Source: Pyrinomonadaceae bacterium
GTDB taxonomy: Bacteria > Acidobacteriota > Blastocatellia > Pyrinomonadales > Pyrinomonadaceae
Direction: 5' to 3'
Assembly: GCA_036726305.1 (NCBI GenBank)
Contig: DAIMCP010000020.1
Span: forward strand, 2,995-66,994
Length of the DNA: 64,000 nt
The position numbers were made by a program, and so were the translations under genes. The notes beneath the pieces were generated by a model. That model saw only the letters and a list, made by a program, of their open reading frames with translations. It did not search any database and had not been told where the DNA came from. Position 1 is the first letter of the stretch; each line of letters begins with the position of its first letter. Of the stretch, positions 1 to 10,365 are shown one piece after another.

Positions 1-13
1 TGGAAAGTATCCT

Positions 14-3000
14 ATGCCTGTGAACGATCGCGACGACCGCTCTCCGCAATCAGCCTCAGAAGGCGACCAGCAGTCGTCGGCCGCTGAGGCTAGAGTCGCG
101 CGCGACGCCGAGCGACCAGAGCCGCTTACACCGCAGGGCCGGCGGCGTCGTTATCTAACCCGCCGCAACGCCTTCATCACCGCCGTTGGCTTTGGTGTTG
201 CGATTGTTGCCCTGCTGCTCATTGCGGTGATCGTTTATCGCCTGGGCTTTGTGGATAACTATCTGGTGGGCCAGATCAAGAGTGACTTTGCCAAGTATGG
301 CATCCGCGCCGAAATAAACAATTTTCATGCGAGCGTGCCGCCGAGTACCGTCGAGATGGACGGGATCGAGCTCTACGACTCGCTCAGCGGTGAGAAACTG
401 GGCCGGATCGATCGCATGGTGGCGGGCATTCGCATTCAAGACCTTTACGCCCTCAATCTGCGCCGGCAAATCGATCTGCAGAACCTTAGGATTGAGGGCC
501 TCGAAGTCTGGGTTAAGTTTGACGAGCAGGGCAGATCAAATTTCCGCAATCTGCGTCTGCCTCCGCCTGAACCTAACAAGCGAATTCTATTCGCTTACTC
601 GGCGGCACACATCGAGATCAATAACTCCCTGATTCATTATGGGGACGAGCTGCACACGCTGGCAGGTGAGGCCCGCAATCTCAAGCTGACTATCGATCCG
701 GACAATGCCGACAGGGCAGCGGAAAGCGCCATGAACCGGGTCACGCTGGGATTATCCAACTCGACCTTCGTTTATGACGGGCGGCCGGTGAACGACATCA
801 GTATCGATCTGCAGGCCCGTGCCAATCAGACTCGCGCTGAGATTCAGGAGCTGCTGCTGCGCTCGCCGATCGCGGAGGCCCGCCTTGAAGGCACAATGGA
901 TGATTGGCGCGCCCTGCGTTATCAGATGAAAATTACTTCGAGCGTGGATCTGACGCAGCTCTCGGACCTGTTGCAGGCGGGCGCGACCTTGCGCGGCGCG
1001 GGCAATTTCACCGGTACCGTGAGCGGCGAAGGCGACAGCTACAAAGTGCAGGGCAATATCAAGTCGGACGCGCTGGCAGCGGACAATCTGCGCTTGCAGG
1101 GGCTGAATGTTAATGCCACCGGGTCAGGTAACGGGAAAGCCTACGACATTAATGGCAACGCGGTAGTGGCCCTGCTGGCTGCGGGAGACTTCCAACTTAA
1201 TAGCGTGCAGCTGACGGGCAACGTCATGGGCACTGGTTCGGATTTTCGTTGGGTGGGCGAGTTGCGCGCGGCGGCTGAACGAAGCTACGGAACCACGATT
1301 ACCGGACTGATCCTGCAGGATGCCCGGGCAGAGATGAATGATGGGGTCATTACCGGCTCGTCTAGTCGCTTTACGGCCAACGCGCTCGCGTCTTCCGGCG
1401 CGAGCGTGAGGGGGATCTCGGCCTCCGATTTGCGCTTTAGCAGCACGGCGGGCGAAACCAGCGGTTCGCTAGCCAGCGTCAAGACGGGCGAAGTTGTGGT
1501 TTCCGGCGCCCGAGTAAAAGACGTGACCGCTAACGCGGTGGTCTTTACTGGCCAGGCTGGGTCCACCACCGTCAACATCAAAGAAATTCTCGTAGGCGGG
1601 ATTAACGCTCAAGGCGCTGAAGTGGGGAGCTTCAACATCGCCGGAGTGCGCATGTCTGTGCGCGCAGGTCGCATCGAAGGATCAACTGCGGACCTCGCGC
1701 CCGGCCCCATCAAGCTTGCTGACGGACGGCTGGAAGACCTGAAATTGGCGAAGCCGGTCTTTGTCGTCGAACCATCAGGACGCTATCGCGCCAGCGCCGA
1801 CCTCAGCATTGGCGGCGGGGTGTTGGGCCAAATGAGGATGGGGCAGGCAAAGGCCGCCGTGGTCGCGAGCAGCAGTCAGATTCAACTCAATGACTTTAGT
1901 GCCGACCTTTTTTCCGGCGGTGTGCGCGGTAATGCCACCATTGCCCTGACATCGTCCACGGCCTCGCGAGTCGTGGCAAGCTTTGAAGGGTTGGACGTAG
2001 CGGTTCCCATTACTATGCTGGCAGGTGCGGCCGTGCCCCTGGCTGGCAAGGCAGCCGGCAAGGTCGATCTGTCATTTCCCGGCACCAATTTCAAAAAAGC
2101 CTCGGGCAATATTGACACTCATCTCACCGCTGAGTCCGGCGCGCAAGGTGACCGCACGCCAATTTCCGGAGAGGTGGCGCTAAGCGCAAGCAGCGGACTC
2201 TTCCAGATTGAGCGCCTCGAGTTGCAAACCCCCGCCAGCCACTTGAAAGCGGGGGGCCAATTTTCCTTTGACGGCAATTCTGATCTGCAAATCGATCTCA
2301 ACTCCAGCGATGCCGCGGAACTCCAACGTGTCGTGATCTCATCGGGGGCGCTGCCGGATCTCGAGGACCAAATTAATCAATATGGACTGGAACTGCGGGG
2401 CGCATTCGCCTTTAACGGGACCGTTCGCGGCAAACTGAGTTCGCCCGACTTTGATGGCCAGGTTTCGCTCGGGTCACTGGTCATCAATGGCACCGATTTG
2501 GGAGCGTTGAGTGCATCGCTACTGGCCACGCAGACTGAATTTCGCATTGCAGACGGGAAGCTTAGCGAGCAGGACGGCGGTGGGATTCAGTTCAGTCTTA
2601 ACGCGCCACGGGCGGGTGAAAACAGCATTTCAGTAGATGCAACGCTCGATCGAGCAAACGCCGCCATGCTGCTGGCTGTGTTGCCGCTGGACAAAGATAC
2701 CAGGGAACGCCTGGGAGACACCCACTCGGACATTTCCGGTCACGTGGCAATTACCGGTCTACCCAGGGCCATGAAGGGGTCTGCTGACTTGAACTTTGGC
2801 GCCGGCAAGTTGGCGGGAGAGCCCTTTGAAAGTCTGACTGCGCGCGCCAGGTTCAATGGTTCCAAAGTGAACCTCGAGAGTCTTGACGGTCGATTTGCCG
2901 CCGGTCATCTTACCGCCAGCGGCAGCTTTGACGACGCGACGAAGTTGGTGGATCTCCAAGCCAATGGGCAGGCCGTACAGTTAGGCCGGCTCGCTGCACT

Positions 3001-4924
3001 GTCCGGTAAACCGTCGCTGCAGAACCTGAATGGTACTGCCGACATCACAGCGCACATTACCGGGAATTACACCGAAAAGGATTTTTCATCCTTCAAGATT
3101 ACGTTCGACGCGCAGGGCAGAGACGTTAGTTTCAATGGCCAGCCCCTGGGGACGCTCACTCTGGTGGGACGAACCGAGAACAAACAGCTCAACGTCACCT
3201 TTACCACTGGGATCTTCGGCCAGGCACAAACGGTCAACGCCCGCGTTGACCTGTCAAACGATCAGTTGCCCGCAACCATTGACGCCACGTTTAATGGCGC
3301 GGATCTGACGAAGGTCCTGGCCATTGCGTTGCCGAATGCCAACGTTAAGTTGACTGGGCGAGCAACTGGTACGATCAAAGCGAGCGGGAACCTGCTTGAT
3401 GAGGATGGCTATCCCACACTAGAAGGCTTGCGCGGCACTGCTGACTTTTCAGAACTCAGTTTTCGGGTGGAGGACATAGCCCTGTCCGCAGTTGCGCCCT
3501 TCGTAGTGCGACTAACGGCAAACGAACTCGTTTTTGATAAGGCGCAACTTACCGGTACCGGCACCAACATCACATTGGACGGCGCCCTGGCTGTCGCCGC
3601 CGGCGGCAAACAGACTCTAAGCGTTAATGGTCGCTTGAATTTGCGCGTGCTCAATGGTCTGTCGCCCGATGTCTTCCTGGCTGGGCCGGCTGATATCGCA
3701 GTGCGAGTTTCCGGCAGTTTCGACCAGCCGCGCGTCAACGGCACGGCCTCGCTCAACGGCGCTTCAGTCGCCGCCCTGGTGGGTAACGACCGCTGGCAAG
3801 TTTCCAACATCAAGTCGGTCCTGCGGTTCACCGCCGACCAGGCCCAGATCGAGTCCTTTGCCGGTACGCTGGGAGGTGGGCGCGTCACTGCTTCGGGCGG
3901 GGCCCTGCTGGATGGCCTGGCTGTCAGCCGCTTCCTGTTGAGCGTTCATGCCGATAATGTCACTGCGCCTTTCCCCCAGGATTTCAGTTCCACTCTCGAT
4001 GGGGACGTTGAAATCAAAGGTGATGGTAATGAACAACTGATTAGCGGCGTCGTTAACCTGATTCGGGCCGAATACGTCAAAGATATCGAGTTGGCCGATC
4101 TTATTAATCGCCGCCAGGAATCGATTGAAGAAGGCGGTGAGATCGCGTTTGTCAGGACAGCCCGTTTTGCTGATTTGCGAGTCGAAGGTCGCAACGCTCT
4201 GGTCGTGCGAAACAATCTTGCCGATCTCATCGGCTCGGTCTCACTGCAGGTCAATGGCCCAATCAAGGATCCGGTTATCGCCGGCCGGATAACCGCCAGC
4301 AGTGGCACGCTCACCTTCCGCAATGACCGCTACGAGATCAAGCGAGCATTTATGGATTTGCCGCCGCGGCGTGGTGCGGACCCGGTGGTCAATATTGAAG
4401 CCGAATCAGAAATTCGCGGCTATCGCGTGATCATCGATTTGACCGGTCAACTCTCGCAACCACAGGCGGCCGTGCGATCCGAACCGGCATTGCCCCAGGC
4501 CGATGTTGTTTCGCTGATCACGACTGGCACGCTTTCATCGGGCGACACCAGTACCTCCGCCCTGGCCTCGTCGGGCCTGGGTACGGCTACCAGTCTTTTG
4601 ACGGACGCCTTAATCAACGCCCCAGCGCAGCGGGCGACCAGCAAACTTTTTGGCCTCAGCCGTTTTGAGATTAATCCGGTGATCGGAGGAACCACGGGAG
4701 CTAATCCGGGAGCACGACTGACTCTGGGGAAACGAATCAGCAAAGAATTATCAGTCACGTATTCTACGAACGTTACATCCGACCCCAACCAGATCCTGGC
4801 GGTCGAGTATCGCCTTTCGGATCGGCTGTCTTTTGTCGCGCAGTATGAGCAGGCATCGACCCAGCAACTAAGCTCCCGCAACAACAGTTTCAGTTTTGAG
4901 ATTAGATTCAGGAAGAGATTTTGA
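14..4924 (+). CDS. tamB: TamB-like translocation and assembly module protein (AsmA-like, DUF490-type C-terminus)
   Basis: 1636-aa ORF. N-terminal TM anchor (FITAVGFGVAIVALLLIAVIVY). Long beta-rich repetitive body. The C-terminal 'LGKRISKELSVTYSTNV...LAVEYRLSDRLSFVAQYE' resembles the TamB end. Lies immediately upstream of an Omp85 gene. Confidence 0.75.
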   Translation: MPVNDRDDRSPQSASEGDQQSSAAEARVARDAERPEPLTPQGRRRRYLTRRNAFITAVGFGVAIVALLLIAVIVYRLGFVDNYLVGQIKSDFAKYGIRAEINNFHASVPPSTVEMDGIELYDSLSGEKLGRIDRMVAGIRIQDLYALNLRRQIDLQNLRIEGLEVWVKFDEQGRSNFRNLRLPPPEPNKRILFAYSAAHIEINNSLIHYGDELHTLAGEARNLKLTIDPDNADRAAESAMNRVTLGLSNSTFVYDGRPVNDISIDLQARANQTRAEIQELLLRSPIAEARLEGTMDDWRALRYQMKITSSVDLTQLSDLLQAGATLRGAGNFTGTVSGEGDSYKVQGNIKSDALAADNLRLQGLNVNATGSGNGKAYDINGNAVVALLAAGDFQLNSVQLTGNVMGTGSDFRWVGELRAAAERSYGTTITGLILQDARAEMNDGVITGSSSRFTANALASSGASVRGISASDLRFSSTAGETSGSLASVKTGEVVVSGARVKDVTANAVVFTGQAGSTTVNIKEILVGGINAQGAEVGSFNIAGVRMSVRAGRIEGSTADLAPGPIKLADGRLEDLKLAKPVFVVEPSGRYRASADLSIGGGVLGQMRMGQAKAAVVASSSQIQLNDFSADLFSGGVRGNATIALTSSTASRVVASFEGLDVAVPITMLAGAAVPLAGKAAGKVDLSFPGTNFKKASGNIDTHLTAESGAQGDRTPISGEVALSASSGLFQIERLELQTPASHLKAGGQFSFDGNSDLQIDLNSSDAAELQRVVISSGALPDLEDQINQYGLELRGAFAFNGTVRGKLSSPDFDGQVSLGSLVINGTDLGALSASLLATQTEFRIADGKLSEQDGGGIQFSLNAPRAGENSISVDATLDRANAAMLLAVLPLDKDTRERLGDTHSDISGHVAITGLPRAMKGSADLNFGAGKLAGEPFESLTARARFNGSKVNLESLDGRFAAGHLTASGSFDDATKLVDLQANGQAVQLGRLAALSGKPSLQNLNGTADITAHITGNYTEKDFSSFKITFDAQGRDVSFNGQPLGTLTLVGRTENKQLNVTFTTGIFGQAQTVNARVDLSNDQLPATIDATFNGADLTKVLAIALPNANVKLTGRATGTIKASGNLLDEDGYPTLEGLRGTADFSELSFRVEDIALSAVAPFVVRLTANELVFDKAQLTGTGTNITLDGALAVAAGGKQTLSVNGRLNLRVLNGLSPDVFLAGPADIAVRVSGSFDQPRVNGTASLNGASVAALVGNDRWQVSNIKSVLRFTADQAQIESFAGTLGGGRVTASGGALLDGLAVSRFLLSVHADNVTAPFPQDFSSTLDGDVEIKGDGNEQLISGVVNLIRAEYVKDIELADLINRRQESIEEGGEIAFVRTARFADLRVEGRNALVVRNNLADLIGSVSLQVNGPIKDPVIAGRITASSGTLTFRNDRYEIKRAFMDLPPRRGADPVVNIEAESEIRGYRVIIDLTGQLSQPQAAVRSEPALPQADVVSLITTGTLSSGDTSTSALASSGLGTATSLLTDALINAPAQRATSKLFGLSRFEINPVIGGTTGANPGARLTLGKRISKELSVTYSTNVTSDPNQILAVEYRLSDRLSFVAQYEQASTQQLSSRNNSFSFEIRFRKRF

Positions 4925-4998
4925 TCGAGGGCGCGATTAGGAATAAGGTGCGAGGACACTTGCGGCGAACTGAGTTGGCGAAGGCTGGCACAAGAGCC

Positions 4999-7900
4999 AT
5001 GCGTCACTTTCGTAATGGTCGCAACGTGCTCTGTGGCGTTGTTTTTCTCCTCCTGCTCTCAGCCCACTGGGCAGGATCAGTGCAGGGCACCACCGTGCTC
5101 AAGACCGGCAGCCGAGCCTTAATAAACGCCCCTGCCGTGCCGGACGGACAAGTCCGCGAGCCAATTGAACCCGTTGCACCGGTTCGCTTTACCGACAAAG
5201 GAACAAGTGCAACCGAGCCGGCGAGCTTTGCTGATAACGGCAACCTGGAAGGGCGGAATATCGCTTCAGTGGAAGTAGTTTTTGAGGGTTCCCCACCCGA
5301 TGAAGCGGTGCAGGCTGAATTTCAGGTGATGCTCAGAATCGCACCCAATAGCGAGTATTCGGCGGTGCGGATTCGCGATTCACTGCAGGCGTTGTTCGAT
5401 TCCGGGAGAGTTGCCTCTGCTCGCGTAGAAGTGACTGAAGCCAGCGGCAGAGCAGGGCCGCTCCGCATTCGCTTCATTGTCCAGCGCCAGGTTATCGTGG
5501 CCGACATCCAATTGAGTATTGGGCTGGCCAATGGCGCCCCGATCTCACCGGACGAGATCCGGGCGCGACTCAATCTGATCCGTCCGGGCGCACGAGCGTC
5601 ACGTCAGTCGGTGTTGCGCAACGTGGATGAGATTCAGGGTTATTTGCGCGATCGCGGTTACTTCAATGCGACTGTGTCCTCCTCGCAACAGGTCGACACG
5701 AGCGGCACGCGCGCGACGATCCTGTACCGGATCGTGCCGGGCGAAGCCACCCGCGTAGCGACTTTCAGCACTAGTATCAAGGGCTTTGACGCGAGTGTCT
5801 TGCGACCGACGCTGGTGTTGCAGCCAGGTGCCCCCTTCACGCGTCAGGCACTCAGTGAAGATGTTACTCGTATCCGCCAGGCCATCATCTCTCGCGGGTA
5901 TCTTGCTCCGACAATCGAAGACCCCCGCGTCGAGCGAGATATCGATAAGAACGAGATGACAATAGTGTTGACGGGAGCAGTCGGGCCGAAGGTCAACGTG
6001 GCCGTCGAGAATTATAAGATTAGCGACAAGCTTGCCCGTGAGCTTCTGCCGGTTAAGCGCGAAGGCAATATCGATCAATCCGCCATCGTCGAAGGCGCGC
6101 GACGCTTGCGCAACAAGCTTCAGGAGGACGGGTATTTCTTTGCCGAAGTGACACCGGTTTGCCAGGTTAATCCGCCCCTGCCGGATCTGCCTGAGAACGG
6201 CACTATCGGGACTTGTGAGACGTTGAATCCCGATGCGCTTGGCGATCGCACCGTCAATATTTCCTACCAGGTGGAACGCGGGCGACGATTCACCTTGAAG
6301 GACATCCGCATAACCGGGACAAACAAGATCACCTATGACGATGTCGCAGCCGAACTGAAGTCACAAAAAGCGAACGCCTTTGGTTTTATTCCTTACCTGG
6401 CTTACGGCCGTGGCTACACCAGCCTCGCCCTGCTCGAGCAGGACAAGCGAAGCGTTGCTGCCCACATGCGCGAGTTCGGTTATCGCCGCTCCCAGGTGCA
6501 AGTGATCCAGGGCGTAGCCATTAACGGTGAAGATCTGATCATCACTTTCAATGTCACCGAGGGCCCGCTGACACGTGTTGCCGGAGTCGAAATACGCGGG
6601 AACCAAATCTACACCGAGGAACGCTTGCGCCAGGAGCTGCGGACCGTTGTCGGGGCTCCCCTCTCTCGCGCCATGGCTCGGGTAGATGCCGATAGCTTGC
6701 ACGCGCTTTATGCGCGCGACGGCTATATAGATGCAGATATTGCTCCCTCATTGGTTGAACTGCCAAAAACAGGCGAGGATGAACAAGTCCGAGTCATTTA
6801 CACCATCCGGAATGAAGGCGACAAAGTCTTCATCAATCGCATCATTGTCAATGGCGTGAGCGGCAATGCGGGAACACAGCAAACCAAGCGAGATGCGATC
6901 GCGCGCGCCACGGCCCTGGTCCCGGGCGAGCTGCTGCGGGCCGATCGCATCAACGAAGCCGAACGAGCGCTTTATACGACCGATGCCTATGCCCAGGTCA
7001 CCATTCACACTGAGCCGGCCGGAGAGACAAGCGCAGGCTACAAAAAGCGAGACGTGATTATCGATGTCGAGGAAAAAAAGCCTCGAGTGATGGATTACGG
7101 CGGCGGTTATTCGACCGATACCGGCCCGCTGGGGCTTTTTGAACTGAGCAATGTGAACCTGATGAACAAACTACGCCAGGGCGCTATTCGCCTGCGCGTC
7201 AGCAGCCGGCAACAATCGCTACGCCTGGAATACTTTGATCCGCGCTTTGCTCGCTATGGTGAACACCAGTTCGCGCCACTGACGCTGTCCCTGCAGTACC
7301 GCCGTGATTCGACGGTCACACGCTTCTTTCGCTCGGCAATTGATCGGGGCACGCTGGGCATTGTGCAGCGCCTGGATGCAAAGGGAAATCCCATTGATCA
7401 GTTTGGTTTTAAGACTGGTCAGCCAACCATCAATCGGTTCACATTTAGCGCCGAGACGCAACGCGGCCTTAGTCAAAAATCCCGTTCGATCGTTTTTGCG
7501 CGTTACATGTATGAAGACGTGCGTCTGCTCAATCTCGAGAGTCTGGTGATCAAGGACATCCTGTCACCCGACCGGGTGGTGCGACTCTCTCGTTTCGGTT
7601 TGTCCTTTGCGCGCGACACGCGGGAAAGATGCGAGCCGGGTATTCCCGGCACGGCCGAAGAAGCGTCATCGCATGGCGGGGAAGTATGCCGCTATCACCA
7701 GTTGGATCCAACACAGGGAGATTTTCTGACGGCTGATTACTCGATCGCATTGCGCCAGCTCGGGGGCAACATTTCCTTCAACAAGTTACAGGGTTCTTAC
7801 CGACGCTATTATCGGCTACGTGGCTTTCGCGGAACAGTGCTGGCCGGAAATCTGACGCTCGGATTAGCCAACGTGTTCAATCCGCGCGATCGGGACGGTA

Positions 7901-8469
7901 ACGGCAGGATCGATGAGATCGATCGTACGCTTCCCATCAGCGAACGGTTCTTTTCCGGCGGTGCGACTACGCTGCGGGGATTTAATTACGAAGAGGCTGG
8001 GCCGAGGCAGGCGGTCATTACTGAAGGGAGTTTTCTGACCCAGAAAAAGAAGGTGGTTTTTCTGAATCCGTTTACGGTGCCCGTAGGTGGTAACGCGCTG
8101 GCAGTATTTAACCTCGAGGCACGAGTGCCGTTGACCAGGGAATTTCAAATTGTACCTCTCTATGACGGGGGTAATGTGTTTCGCCGGGTAAGCAACCTCT
8201 TCGGAAAGCATGAGAAGCCCGACACGACCAACAGCCTGTCGCTGATCAACTCGCTGAACCTTCGTTCTCATTGGACGCACACGGTGGGCCTCGGCTTTCG
8301 TATTCAGACGCCGTTGGGTGGCGCGCTGGCCGTTGACTATGGCTATTTGTTGAATCCTCCGGCATTCCTGGTGCCGCAAAGAGGACCAACGGGGAACTTT
8401 GATGGCACGCCGGCGGTTTACCGCCTCAATCGCGGTCAGGTGCAGGTCCGATTTTCGCAGACGTTTTAA
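4999..8469 (+). CDS. bamA: Omp85-family outer membrane protein assembly factor (BamA-like, multi-POTRA)
   Basis: ORF 4921..8469. The ATG at 4999 gives a signal peptide (VVFLLLLSAHWAGSVQG). Repeated POTRA-like modules. C-terminal barrel with 'SERFFSGGATTLRGF' (loop-6 RGF motif) and an aromatic terminal residue (...RFSQTF). Confidence 0.75.
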   Translation: MRHFRNGRNVLCGVVFLLLLSAHWAGSVQGTTVLKTGSRALINAPAVPDGQVREPIEPVAPVRFTDKGTSATEPASFADNGNLEGRNIASVEVVFEGSPPDEAVQAEFQVMLRIAPNSEYSAVRIRDSLQALFDSGRVASARVEVTEASGRAGPLRIRFIVQRQVIVADIQLSIGLANGAPISPDEIRARLNLIRPGARASRQSVLRNVDEIQGYLRDRGYFNATVSSSQQVDTSGTRATILYRIVPGEATRVATFSTSIKGFDASVLRPTLVLQPGAPFTRQALSEDVTRIRQAIISRGYLAPTIEDPRVERDIDKNEMTIVLTGAVGPKVNVAVENYKISDKLARELLPVKREGNIDQSAIVEGARRLRNKLQEDGYFFAEVTPVCQVNPPLPDLPENGTIGTCETLNPDALGDRTVNISYQVERGRRFTLKDIRITGTNKITYDDVAAELKSQKANAFGFIPYLAYGRGYTSLALLEQDKRSVAAHMREFGYRRSQVQVIQGVAINGEDLIITFNVTEGPLTRVAGVEIRGNQIYTEERLRQELRTVVGAPLSRAMARVDADSLHALYARDGYIDADIAPSLVELPKTGEDEQVRVIYTIRNEGDKVFINRIIVNGVSGNAGTQQTKRDAIARATALVPGELLRADRINEAERALYTTDAYAQVTIHTEPAGETSAGYKKRDVIIDVEEKKPRVMDYGGGYSTDTGPLGLFELSNVNLMNKLRQGAIRLRVSSRQQSLRLEYFDPRFARYGEHQFAPLTLSLQYRRDSTVTRFFRSAIDRGTLGIVQRLDAKGNPIDQFGFKTGQPTINRFTFSAETQRGLSQKSRSIVFARYMYEDVRLLNLESLVIKDILSPDRVVRLSRFGLSFARDTRERCEPGIPGTAEEASSHGGEVCRYHQLDPTQGDFLTADYSIALRQLGGNISFNKLQGSYRRYYRLRGFRGTVLAGNLTLGLANVFNPRDRDGNGRIDEIDRTLPISERFFSGGATTLRGFNYEEAGPRQAVITEGSFLTQKKKVVFLNPFTVPVGGNALAVFNLEARVPLTREFQIVPLYDGGNVFRRVSNLFGKHEKPDTTNSLSLINSLNLRSHWTHTVGLGFRIQTPLGGALAVDYGYLLNPPAFLVPQRGPTGNFDGTPAVYRLNRGQVQVRFSQTF

Positions 8470-8585
8470 GTTGTCAGTTATACTCGAATGGAGACTGAAC
8501 AAACGTGTGAATGCATTTGAGAAGAGAAGGGACGTCTATTAGAACACTTGCAGACGCGAAATCAATGACAAACGACAAACGTCAA

Positions 8586-9263
8586 ATGACGAAGGGAAAA
8601 TGGTCCGAACTCTCGGTGGTTATGAGTGCGCTTTTGTCCCTCTTCGCAGCTTCCGTCTGTGTCGCCCAGGAGGTGGTCGACAAAACGGTAGCTACTGTTA
8701 ATGGGGGCGTGCGCACTGATCTAATTACTTACTCGGATCTGTTGTGGCAGTTAGCGCTTCAGCCCCATACAGCTCTCGACCAACCAACGTCCGAAGCCCT
8801 GAACGGCGCCTTGCTGCTGGTCGAGGACCAGCGCCTGATCTTGCAGGAAGCGGTTAAGCTGCCAACGATTTCACCCAGCGAGCAGGAGATTGCCGAGGCC
8901 CGAGACGCTCTGGTCAAGCAATTCGTGTCGCGTGACGAGCTCGAGCAACGCATGATCAAGGTTGGGCTGACCAGCAGCAAGTTGAACGAGATTATCGAGC
9001 AGCGGCTGCAGATCGAAAAATATCTGGACTTCCGTTTTCGCAGTTTTATTGTCATTGCCCAAAAGGACGTTTCGGACTACTACCGCGATACCTGGGTGCC
9101 CCGCTTTAAGAGCCGTTCCCCCAGGAGCATTGTCCCCACTCTGGAAGAGGCCCGGCCGGAAATTGAAAGGACGCTGACGGAAACTAAAGTAGAATCTGAT
9201 ATCGACAGTTTCCTGGATAATGCTCGCGACCGCGCCGAGATCGTGGTACTGAATCCAGTATGA
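8586..9263 (+). CDS. SurA N-terminal-domain-like periplasmic chaperone (no PPIase domain)
   Basis: ORF 8511..9263. The ATG at 8586 gives a signal peptide (ELSVVMSALLSLFAASVCVAQE). 'VATVNGG..ITYSDLLWQL' resembles the SurA N-terminal chaperone module. Follows bamA. The start is uncertain; other ATGs lie at 8511, 8565 and 8622. Confidence 0.5.
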   Translation: MTKGKWSELSVVMSALLSLFAASVCVAQEVVDKTVATVNGGVRTDLITYSDLLWQLALQPHTALDQPTSEALNGALLLVEDQRLILQEAVKLPTISPSEQEIAEARDALVKQFVSRDELEQRMIKVGLTSSKLNEIIEQRLQIEKYLDFRFRSFIVIAQKDVSDYYRDTWVPRFKSRSPRSIVPTLEEARPEIERTLTETKVESDIDSFLDNARDRAEIVVLNPV

Positions 9264-9288
9264 CTTTGATTACTGGCGGCTATCTAAT

Positions 9289-10107
9289 TTGACTCAGGAA
9301 AAACACGCTCACCCCAAGATCGGTCTCGCCCTTTCGGGCGGCGCCGCCAGAGGCATTGCACACGTCGGCGTTCTCAAGGCCTTCGCCGAACATGAGATCA
9401 GGATTGATTGTGTGGCGGGCACGTCGGCGGGCTCGCTGGTCGGCGGAGCCTTTGCCTCGGGCCTTCCACTATCTGAAATTGAGGCCATCGGTAAGAGGAT
9501 GCGTTGGCGAGACGTCGGCCGCATGACCGTCTCGCGTCTCGGTGTCCAATCAAATGCTCGCATGGAAGATTACCTGCGGGCGCATCTACCCATAACTCGT
9601 TTTGAGGATTTGGCGATTCCTTTCGCCGCGGTAGCTACGGACCTGGCCTCGGGAGCCGCGGTCGTCATGCGTGACGAAGGTGATCTGCCCTTTGCGATTC
9701 GGGCCAGCTGTGCCATTCCGGGCTGGTACATTCCAGCGATTGACCCTGCAGGCCGGCAACTTCTCGATGGTGGGCTGGTCGCCATGATTCCTTCCGCGAC
9801 CGCGCGCACTCTCGGATGCGACATCTTAATCGCTGTAGATGTGAACGCTGAAGGCGCTACTTTCCTGGGTCCCCCGCAGTCGGTCATCGGAATCATTCTG
9901 CAGTCAATGCTGGTCGTGCAGAAAACCGTTGTCGCCCATCAATTGCACCAGGCTGACGTGGTTGTCAGGCCACGAACAGGTCATATTCGCTGGGACGAAC
10001 TTGGTCGGGCGGAGGAACTGATAAAGGCCGGATACGACGCAGGTCTGGAGAGCATCGCCGTAATCCGGAAGCTGATAGCCGCGCACACTTCGTTCCCGAG
10101 TACTTAA
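9289..10107 (+). CDS. patatin-like phospholipase
   Basis: Oxyanion hole 'SGGAARG', nucleophile elbow 'GTSAGS' (GxSxG) and catalytic Asp context 'LLDGGLV'. Confidence 0.8.
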   Translation: MTQEKHAHPKIGLALSGGAARGIAHVGVLKAFAEHEIRIDCVAGTSAGSLVGGAFASGLPLSEIEAIGKRMRWRDVGRMTVSRLGVQSNARMEDYLRAHLPITRFEDLAIPFAAVATDLASGAAVVMRDEGDLPFAIRASCAIPGWYIPAIDPAGRQLLDGGLVAMIPSATARTLGCDILIAVDVNAEGATFLGPPQSVIGIILQSMLVVQKTVVAHQLHQADVVVRPRTGHIRWDELGRAEELIKAGYDAGLESIAVIRKLIAAHTSFPST

Positions 10108-10279
10108 ATCTTACAAGTCCATCGTTTGAGCCCAGGGCCTGACGCTTTTCCCAATCTCCTGCACCTTCCGTTCCTAACTCGGGTCAATCTTTAGCTGACC
10201 TCTGCAATTAAAATCAGAATCTCGGTCGCATTCGCTCTTTATTAGCAGGACACAGGATTCGCATTCAGAAGAGCACTGA

Positions 10280-10300
10280 GGGGGGCGGGCGGCGGGCGGG
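10280..10300 (+). other. G-quadruplex-type G-run motif (GGGGGG-C-GGG-CGGC-GGG-C-GGG)
   Basis: Read directly: four G-runs of at least 3 separated by 1-4 nt, about 65 nt upstream of the probable PBP1A start. A further GGGGGG lies at 10310..10315. Confidence 0.4.
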
Positions 10301-10365
10301 CCTTTCTCTGGGGGGCCACAGCGGTGACCATTGAGGTTATATCCATCCGACCATCATGCACGGGG

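Noticed and set aside
155-4323. Numerous ORFs of 60-190 aa, antisense or off-frame, inside tamB; similar ORFs occur inside bamA, lhr, the CHAT gene and others.
   Set aside because: They are fully nested in long, motif-supported genes. Their composition (Arg/Pro/Ala-rich) is typical of non-coding frames in GC-rich DNA.
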